Origin: Phycisphaeraceae bacterium
GTDB taxonomy: Bacteria; Planctomycetota; Phycisphaerae; Phycisphaerales; Zrk34
NCBI GenBank assembly: GCA_040905565.1
Contig: JBBDRF010000079.1
Span: 1 to 16,146, forward strand
Direction: 5' to 3'
Length of the DNA: 16,146 nt
Below are positions 9,450 through 15,022 of the stretch, one piece after another. The notes under the pieces are model-generated. The model saw only the letters and a list, made by a program, of their open reading frames with translations, ran no database searches and was not told where the DNA came from. The stretch's first letter is position 1, and each line of letters starts with the position of its first letter. The position numbers and the translations under genes are program-made.

Positions 9450-9782
9450 TTACCTTTCGTCCACCGAAACGACGATGTGACTGGTTCGCTTGAAGATCGG
9501 GAACGCCCGGCCGCGGTCCTTGGGTTGCCAACGTTTCATCGTCGGCCCCTCGTCAACGCGGGCCTCTGTGACCTGCAACGCCCGGCGATCGAGTTCGCCT
9601 TCGTTCTCGGCGTTGGCGGCGGCGGCGTCGAGCGCCTTGAGGACCATCACCGCGGCGCGCTTCTTGGAGAAGCGAAGGAGCGTGCGGGCCTCGGCCCAGC
9701 TCTTGCCGCGGATCATATCCACGACCAGCCTTGCTTTCCGCGAGCTGATCCGGGCGAAACGGTATGTGTTTGTATATGCCAT
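9450..9782 (-). CDS. rplV: 50S ribosomal protein L22
   Basis: RISSRKARLVVDMIRGK, AAANAEN, VDEGPTMKR..PKDRGRA..IFKRTSHI. Confidence 0.99.
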   Translation of the reverse strand: MAYTNTYRFARISSRKARLVVDMIRGKSWAEARTLLRFSKKRAAVMVLKALDAAAANAENEGELDRRALQVTEARVDEGPTMKRWQPKDRGRAFPIFKRTSHIVVSVDER

Positions 9783-9824
9783 CGTCGTCCGACTCCCGAA
9801 TCGGCCATGCCGATCCGTCTATCC

Positions 9825-10085
9825 TTACTTGACCCGGTGACCCTTGAAGGTCCGCGTGGGGCTGAATTCACCGAGCACGTGGCCCACCATGTCTTCGGTG
9901 ACGAAAACCTGATTGAAGGCACGTCCGTTGTGCACCATGAACGTGTGGTTCACGAACTCAGGCACAATCGTGCATCGCCGGGCCCAGGTCTTCAGAGGAT
10001 CCTTGCGGTTCTGCTGATTGAGCACCTCCACCTTACGGTAGAGTTTCTCGTCAACGAATGGGCCTTTTTTGAGGCTGCGTGTCAT
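9825..10085 (-). CDS. rpsS: 30S ribosomal protein S19
   Basis: [45 protein letters not shown]. Confidence 0.99.
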   Translation of the reverse strand: MTRSLKKGPFVDEKLYRKVEVLNQQNRKDPLKTWARRCTIVPEFVNHTFMVHNGRAFNQVFVTEDMVGHVLGEFSPTRTFKGHRVK

Positions 10086-10131
10086 GTTCCGTTCCCGTAG
10101 CCGGTCGCCTCACCATCGAGGCGACACTGAT

Positions 10132-10989
10132 TTATTTAACCCTGAGAATCCCGTAGCGGACGCTTCGACGCCGCCTGATGATGCGTTTGCTCGACGACTT
10201 GCCCCGCTGCCGTGTCGGACCACCCTTGGAGGGGACGCCTGACACGGAACTCGGAGCACGGCCGCCCTTGCTTCGACCTTCACCACCACCGAGGGGGTGA
10301 GCATGGTGACTCATCGCCACGCCACGCGTGGTGGGCCTGATGCCCAGCCAACGTTTGCGGCCGGCTTTGCCGAGGCGAACGTTCTGGTGGTCGGTATTGC
10401 CGACCTGGCCGATCGTGGCCCGACATTCGACGCTGACCTGGCGGATTTCACCGCTGGGCAGGACGATCGTCGCCCACTTGCCTTCCTTATTCATCAACCG
10501 GGCCGTGGTGCCTGCCGAGCGGCAGATCTGGCCGCCCTTGCCGGGCACGAGTTCAACGTTGTGAATGTTGATGCCCGCGGGGATGTTCTTAATCTTCATC
10601 GCGTTGCCGACGGTGGGCTCGACCTTGCCGGACCCGGAGACAATCTTGCCTCCGTCGGTCAGCCCGATCGGGGCGAGGATGTAACGGCGTTCGCGATCCT
10701 CATACTCCACCAGAGCGATGTTGCACGAGCGGTTCGGATCGTACTCGATCCCGATCACCGTCGCTACTTCATCCAGGCGGCTGCGCTGAAAATCGATCAG
10801 TCGGTAGCGGCGCTTGTGCCCGCCGCCGCGATGCTGAACCGTAATCTTGCCCGTGTGATTGCGGCCGCCGGTCTTCTTGATCGGACGCAGCAGCGACTTC
10901 TCGGGCTTCTGCTTGGTGACCTCACTGCGGAGGTTGACCGAGCTGTTACGCCGACCGGGGCTCGTTGGTTTGTAGACTCGAATCGCCAT
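10132..10989 (-). CDS. rplB: 50S ribosomal protein L2
   Basis: YKPTSPGRR, GGRNHTGKIT, GGGHKRRYRLIDF, IEYDPNRS, LPSGEIR, GKAGRKRWLG.RP..RG. Confidence 0.99.
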   Translation of the reverse strand: MAIRVYKPTSPGRRNSSVNLRSEVTKQKPEKSLLRPIKKTGGRNHTGKITVQHRGGGHKRRYRLIDFQRSRLDEVATVIGIEYDPNRSCNIALVEYEDRERRYILAPIGLTDGGKIVSGSGKVEPTVGNAMKIKNIPAGINIHNVELVPGKGGQICRSAGTTARLMNKEGKWATIVLPSGEIRQVSVECRATIGQVGNTDHQNVRLGKAGRKRWLGIRPTTRGVAMSHHAHPLGGGEGRSKGGRAPSSVSGVPSKGGPTRQRGKSSSKRIIRRRRSVRYGILRVK

Positions 10990-11047
10990 CGTCTAAATCC
11001 GTCTTATGCTTGCCGGGCTCCGCAACGCGGCACCCGTGGGTCAGTGC

Positions 11048-11326
11048 TTAGAACAGCTCGATCTTGTCTTCCGGGTGCAACAGGACAGTCGCTCGCTTCC
11101 AGCTTCGCGACCGCACCATGCCCCACCGCGTACGGCGGAACTTGCCCTGACGGTTCTGCGTCGCAACGGTCTGCACACGCACGTTGTAAATCTTGCTCAC
11201 CGCTGTGCGGATGTCGAACTTGTTCGCATCCGGGTGAACCTCGAAGCTGTAGCGGTTACGCGCTTCGGATTCCCACGAGCTTTTCTCAGTGACCAGCGGC
11301 TTGATGATAATCTGCGTCGCTTCCAT
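11048..11326 (-). CDS. rplW: 50S ribosomal protein L23 (start trimmed to MEATQII)
   Basis: IIKPLVTEKS, YSFEVHPDANKFDI, WKRATV; ATG 1 nt after the rplD stop. Confidence 0.98.
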   Translation of the reverse strand: MEATQIIIKPLVTEKSSWESEARNRYSFEVHPDANKFDIRTAVSKIYNVRVQTVATQNRQGKFRRTRWGMVRSRSWKRATVLLHPEDKIELF

Positions 11327-11327
11327 C

Positions 11328-11984
11328 TCAGGCTGCCTCCTCGATCGTCTTGACAGCCGACTTCTGAGCATCGAGCCAGCCCGACAGCGTCGCTTTATCG
11401 ACCAAAAGAAAACGCGTCGACAGAAGGTCGTACGCGTTGATCTGGTCCATCTGGATTGTGTTTACGTTCGCAAGGTTGCGGGCGGCGAGGAACGTGCCGC
11501 GGTCCTCATGGCCGATCGCCAGCAGACACGTGCGGTTGATACCGATCGCCGAGAGAACAGCTGCCAGTTTCGACGTCTTGGGAGCCTCGCCGTTGCCGAA
11601 CGAGTCGACAACTTTGATCTCACCATCGATCGCCTTGGCCAGCAGCGCATTGCGGGTCGCCAGGCGACGCATCTTCGTCGGCATCGACTGCCTGAAGCTG
11701 CGGGCCTGCTTACCGAACGCCACACCGCCGCCACGCATGACGTTGGTGCGGACGTTGCCACGCCGAGCGCGACCGGTGCCCTTCTGCTTGTAGAGCTTAC
11801 GTGTCGAACCGACCACCTCGCCTCGGCCACGCGTGGTCGCGCTGCCCTGACGTCGGTTGGCGTGGTACATCACGTACGCCTGCTTGAGCAGGGACGGACG
11901 CACTTCGCCGCCGAGCAGTTGCTCGTCAAGGCTGAGCGTCTCGCTCTGCTTACCGTCTGCTGTATATACAGGTATCTCGATCAT
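11328..11984 (-). CDS. rplD: 50S ribosomal protein L4
   Basis: RRQGSATTRGRGEV.GS.RKLYKQKGTGRARRG, RGGGVAFG, KMRRLA, AARNL. Confidence 0.99.
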   Translation of the reverse strand: MIEIPVYTADGKQSETLSLDEQLLGGEVRPSLLKQAYVMYHANRRQGSATTRGRGEVVGSTRKLYKQKGTGRARRGNVRTNVMRGGGVAFGKQARSFRQSMPTKMRRLATRNALLAKAIDGEIKVVDSFGNGEAPKTSKLAAVLSAIGINRTCLLAIGHEDRGTFLAARNLANVNTIQMDQINAYDLLSTRFLLVDKATLSGWLDAQKSAVKTIEEAA

Positions 11985-12117
11985 GGCTTCACCTGAATCG
12001 CCGCTTCCAGCTCCGACGCGCTCACTGCTGCGCCGGCCTGGTTGCGACTCGGTCTTCTTGACTGCCTTTGGGCAGTGTTAACCGTAATGTCTCGGCCCGT
12101 GGTCGCCCGTTGGCGAC

Positions 12118-12804
12118 TTAGGAGGCCTTGGCGGCTTTCGACGCCTTACGCTTGTACAAGCGACTCGACTCCCGAATCACAAGTAGTCCATTCTTGCCGC
12201 CGGGCACGGGGCCCTTGACGAGCAACAAATTCTTATCGTTATCGACAGCGATCACGTCCAGGCTGCGAACGGTGACCCGCTCATCGCCCATGTGACCGGC
12301 CATCCGCTTACCCTTTTTGATCTTGCCGGACTTACCAGCGTTGTTCGCGTGGCCGCCGATCGAACCGGGCGACCGATGCTTGCGTTCAACACCGTGGCTG
12401 GCGAGCTGACCCTTGAAGTTGTGACGCTTCATGCCGCCCTGAAAGCCCTTGCCCTTGCTCGTGCCGGTCACGTCGACGTAGCCGACCGACGCGAACTGAT
12501 CTACCGACAGGGCCTGACCCAACTCGAACTGATCAAGGTCGCCTTCATCCACGCGGAATTCGCGGTGGAATCGCTGCGGCGCCACGCCTGCTTTCGCATC
12601 GTGAGCGATCAAAGGCATCGTCGAACGACGCGGCTTAATCTCGTCGAACGCCACCTGAATCGCGGCATAGCCGTCCGTCTCAGGCGACTTGATCTGCGTC
12701 ACGTAGCAAGGCCCGGCTTCGACCACCGTGACAGGCTGATTACGCCCGTCCTCGGTGAAGATCCGAGTCATGCCAACTTTACGACCGAGTATTGCTGCTG
12801 CCAT
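12118..12804 (-). CDS. rplC: 50S ribosomal protein L3 (start trimmed to MAAAILG)
   Basis: ILGRKVGMTRIF, PVTVVEAGPC, DGYAAIQ, VDVTGTSKGKGFQG.MKRH, HRSPGSIG, MAGHMG, LLLVKGPVPG. Confidence 0.99.
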   Translation of the reverse strand: MAAAILGRKVGMTRIFTEDGRNQPVTVVEAGPCYVTQIKSPETDGYAAIQVAFDEIKPRRSTMPLIAHDAKAGVAPQRFHREFRVDEGDLDQFELGQALSVDQFASVGYVDVTGTSKGKGFQGGMKRHNFKGQLASHGVERKHRSPGSIGGHANNAGKSGKIKKGKRMAGHMGDERVTVRSLDVIAVDNDKNLLLVKGPVPGGKNGLLVIRESSRLYKRKASKAAKAS

Positions 12805-12979
12805 CGCTGAAAAATCCTTCAACCGCTGGGGTGTTGCCGACTGCTCGACAACGGCTCTTGCACATGCAGAGGAGCGAAGCCCCTTTGATTGCGGCGTAAC
12901 CCTTTCGGGTTTGCCTCATTTGCTATTAGTTTTTTGCCTCAAACGCTGGCCCGGCCTTGGCCGAGTCGACGCTGCGGAT

Positions 12980-13288
12980 CTACGCCTTGATCTTGACGAA
13001 CACGCCGGCGGGCACAACCAGACGGTTGAGTGCTTCGACGGTGCGGGCGTTCGGATCGAAGATGTCGATGATACGCTTGTGCGTGCGGATCTCAAACTGC
13101 TCACGACTTTTCTTGTCGATATGCGGAGACCGCAACACGGTGTAACGCTCAATTCGCGTCGGCAGCGGCACGGGGCCGGAGACCTTCACGTTGGTGCGCT
13201 TGGCGTGGTCCACGATTTCCCGGGCCGAGGAATCCAAGGCCTGGTGATCGTACGATTCCATACGGATTCTGATCTTGCTGCCGTTCAT
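12980..13288 (-). CDS. rpsJ: 30S ribosomal protein S10 / NusE (ATG start at 13288)
   Basis: [48 protein letters not shown]. Confidence 0.99.
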   Translation of the reverse strand: MNGSKIRIRMESYDHQALDSSAREIVDHAKRTNVKVSGPVPLPTRIERYTVLRSPHIDKKSREQFEIRTHKRIIDIFDPNARTVEALNRLVVPAGVFVKIKA

Positions 13289-13310
13289 CGACCCGTTCAA
13301 TCCAAAAAGC

Positions 13311-13322
13311 TGTCAAAGAGCA
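13311..13322 (-). promoter_or_regulatory. boxA-like NusB/NusE-binding element in the rpsJ leader
   Basis: Minus strand TGCTCTTTGACA, 11/12 identical to E. coli rrn boxA TGCTCTTTAACA, in sense orientation 22 nt before the rpsJ ATG. Confidence 0.65.
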
Positions 13323-13394
13323 ACTTCGTTCACACGCTATCAACCGCAGTTTCGGGAGGTGCTTTGCACCGGCCTTCGCTGGGGAAGATCGTCA

Positions 13395-13422
13395 AGTATA
13401 CGGACGCATCTTTCGGTGTCAA
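13395..13422 (-). promoter_or_regulatory. sigma70-type promoter of the S10 operon
   Basis: Minus strand TTGACA (13422-13417)-N16-TATACT (13400-13395); predicted TSS near 13388, giving a ~100-nt leader. Confidence 0.8.
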
Positions 13423-13474
13423 CGCGCCTTGGCGACAAATTTCGCAACGGCCGCGAATTTACACCGCCCTACCG

Positions 13475-13759
13475 CTATTCCCCGCTGTTCTGCTGCTCAT
13501 CACGTTGCCCGGTCTTGCGATACGTCGCCCGCCTTTTCGCATAATCTTCCGGGCTGATCGGCAGGTCAGGGTGCTCCTCCCCCGCCATCACCTGCGCGTG
13601 CAGCTTGCGAATGAACGGCACGCACCACTGGCACCCCGTCCCCGCTGAAAGACACTCGCTGATCTGGCTGGCATAAGGCGGCCGCTCGCGGCGGCAGAAG
13701 TTCACAATCTTCCGCTTGGACACACCAAAGCACAAACAAACTCGATCGTCATCACGCAT
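13475..13759 (-). CDS. BFD-like [2Fe-2S]-binding protein
   Basis: VCLCFGVS...ECLSAGTGCQWC: CxC plus GxGCxxC spacing typical of the BFD-like (Fer2_BFD) domain; short C-terminal helical tail. Confidence 0.85.
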   Translation of the reverse strand: MRDDDRVCLCFGVSKRKIVNFCRRERPPYASQISECLSAGTGCQWCVPFIRKLHAQVMAGEEHPDLPISPEDYAKRRATYRKTGQRDEQQNSGE

Positions 13760-13767
13760 AGCCAGTC

Positions 13768-13773
13768 ATTATA
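13768..13773 (-). promoter_or_regulatory. Consensus -10 hexamer directly upstream of the BFD-like gene (possible leaderless promoter)
   Basis: Minus strand TATAAT-GACTGGCT-ATG; no SD motif between them; no convincing -35. Confidence 0.45.
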
Positions 13774-13814
13774 GCCCCACGACCACTCACGCCCACAACG
13801 TCGCCCCGCCGCCG

Positions 13815-14675
13815 TCAGAACCGTCGCACGATCGCGAAGAAGAAATTCAAGTCGTCCGCCGGTCGCGTCACCCCGAAGTTCACGCCGCCTTCCAACGCAA
13901 GGTCCTCATGCACATCCCAGGTGAGTCCGACGCCGAGGTGACCCGCCCACCCTTCGCCCGATTCCGTGGTCACGACTGATTCGAACTCGCCGAACACCGT
14001 CCAGGCATCGATGAATTCATAATTGACCACGAGCACCTGCCCGGCTTCGAAAACGTACGCTGCGTCGTCACTGTTACGCACCGCGGCGAAACTCGGCGTC
14101 CACTCCACGGCCACCTGATCGGTCAGCTCCACTGCATAAGGCAGCATCACGCCGCCCTGCACCGCCCGACTATCCAGACCATGCCGATGCGTCGGAAGCG
14201 CCACGAACGGCATCACCGCAAATGCACTACTACCGCGATCGTTCCCCCACAGATTATGCTTCACACGCAGTTCAATGTTGCCGAACCCCCGACTGCGATC
14301 GCTTTCCCCCGCCGCAAAATCATCCGTCTGCTCCCATACAAATGCATCGAACCCAATCTGCACATCCGTATGAGCCCAAACGCCCAGCTTCAGCAGCACC
14401 GGCACCTCAAAACCCTGAACACGCTCCGCAGCACGATCAGGATCATGCCGATCGTACCGGTAGTTCAACGGCTCGATCTCCAGCTGAAACCGACCCGGCT
14501 CCACCGTGAAGGGATGAGGCTCCGCACCAATCGGCCTGGCCACCGCCGCATCCGGATCAGCCGACCGGTCGACCGTCTGCGCCTGACCATACGCCTCCGT
14601 CGCCATCCCCAACCAGCCCGCCAGCACCCCGACCAACACCATCCCTGCGCTCAGCAATCCCTGTCCATGTCGCAT
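13815..14675 (-). CDS. Putative outer-membrane beta-barrel 'transporter' (resembles the MetA-pathway-of-phenol-degradation / COG4313-like family); start trimmed to MRHGQGLL
   Basis: N-terminal signal peptide (hydrophobic core, AYG/AQA cleavage-like site); PFTVEPGRFQLE, LKLGV, GFGNIELRVKHNLWGND, FAVMPFVALPT; alternating beta-strand pattern; C-terminal Phe. Confidence 0.75.
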   Translation of the reverse strand: MRHGQGLLSAGMVLVGVLAGWLGMATEAYGQAQTVDRSADPDAAVARPIGAEPHPFTVEPGRFQLEIEPLNYRYDRHDPDRAAERVQGFEVPVLLKLGVWAHTDVQIGFDAFVWEQTDDFAAGESDRSRGFGNIELRVKHNLWGNDRGSSAFAVMPFVALPTHRHGLDSRAVQGGVMLPYAVELTDQVAVEWTPSFAAVRNSDDAAYVFEAGQVLVVNYEFIDAWTVFGEFESVVTTESGEGWAGHLGVGLTWDVHEDLALEGGVNFGVTRPADDLNFFFAIVRRF

Positions 14676-14736
14676 AAAAATCCCTATCTTGAAAAATTCG
14701 GAATTCGCCTGCTGCAGTTTTGCATGACGAATTAAA

Positions 14737-14765
14737 AGATTAGGCATTCCTAAACATTGTGTCAA
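14737..14765 (-). promoter_or_regulatory. sigma70-type promoter of the beta-barrel gene
   Basis: Minus strand TTGACA (14765-14760)-N17-TAATCT (14742-14737) in an AT-rich island. Confidence 0.7.
14740..14753. promoter_or_regulatory. DtxR/MntR/SirR-family operator-like palindrome
   Basis: TTAGG-CATT-CCTAA, perfect 5-bp arms with a 4-nt spacer, overlapping the promoter spacer and -10. Confidence 0.65.
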
Positions 14766-14848
14766 CCCATCACCCGCCCACCCGATTGAGCGAGTCGGTC
14801 TTACCTACGAATAAGCGACCCGCCCTTCATCCAGCCACACGGTTGTCT

Positions 14849-14887
14849 GCCGGCCTGGCCGGTTCATCGGGCGCAGGCCGGTTTTTT
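14849..14887 (+). terminator. Rho-independent terminator with no upstream + strand CDS
   Basis: CCGGCCTG...CAGGCCGG stem (inner CCGG-TTCA-TCGG) followed by TTTTTT at 14882-14887. Confidence 0.7.
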
Positions 14888-14922
14888 GTGGCAGCCTGAT
14901 TCCCAATACTCCCCCTCCCCGA

Positions 14923-14951
14923 TTGCCCCCTTCCCTCGCTTGCTCCACAAT
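14923..14951 (+). promoter_or_regulatory. Putative sigma70 promoter of the phosphotriesterase-family gene
   Basis: TTGCCC-N17-CACAAT, ~70 nt upstream of ATG 15023. Confidence 0.4.
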
Positions 14952-15022
14952 GTCTACTCGGCGGTGCCCCTCAGCATCCGCGCACGCACCGTGGCCGCCA
15001 GACTTCAGCAGGCAGTTTCCGC

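Noticed and set aside
12860..12920. GGCAAACCCGAAAGGG resembles the P2 stem of the c-di-GMP-I (GEMM) riboswitch
   Set aside because: The stem is too short, and I cannot find the downstream GACGCAAAGC junction, the tetraloop receptor or a P1 closure. Kept only as an unassigned structured spacer; an Rfam cmscan would settle it.
13311..13316. TTGACA within the boxA-like motif read as a second -35 element
   Set aside because: There is no plausible -10 at 16-18 nt (the sequence there is GGTCGA-like), and a much better promoter lies at 13395-13422.
2131..13648. Many long + strand ORFs (e.g. 2131-3225, 5033-6091, 8007-8843, 8635-9480, 10297-11292, 12755-13648)
   Set aside because: They are antisense shadows of highly conserved minus-strand genes. 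Stop-poor antisense frames are expected in GC-rich DNA, and none has a recognisable motif.
14786..14899. 37-codon TTG-initiated + strand ORF across the orphan terminator
   Set aside because: It has no RBS, runs through the terminator stem and U-tract, and encodes no recognisable peptide features.
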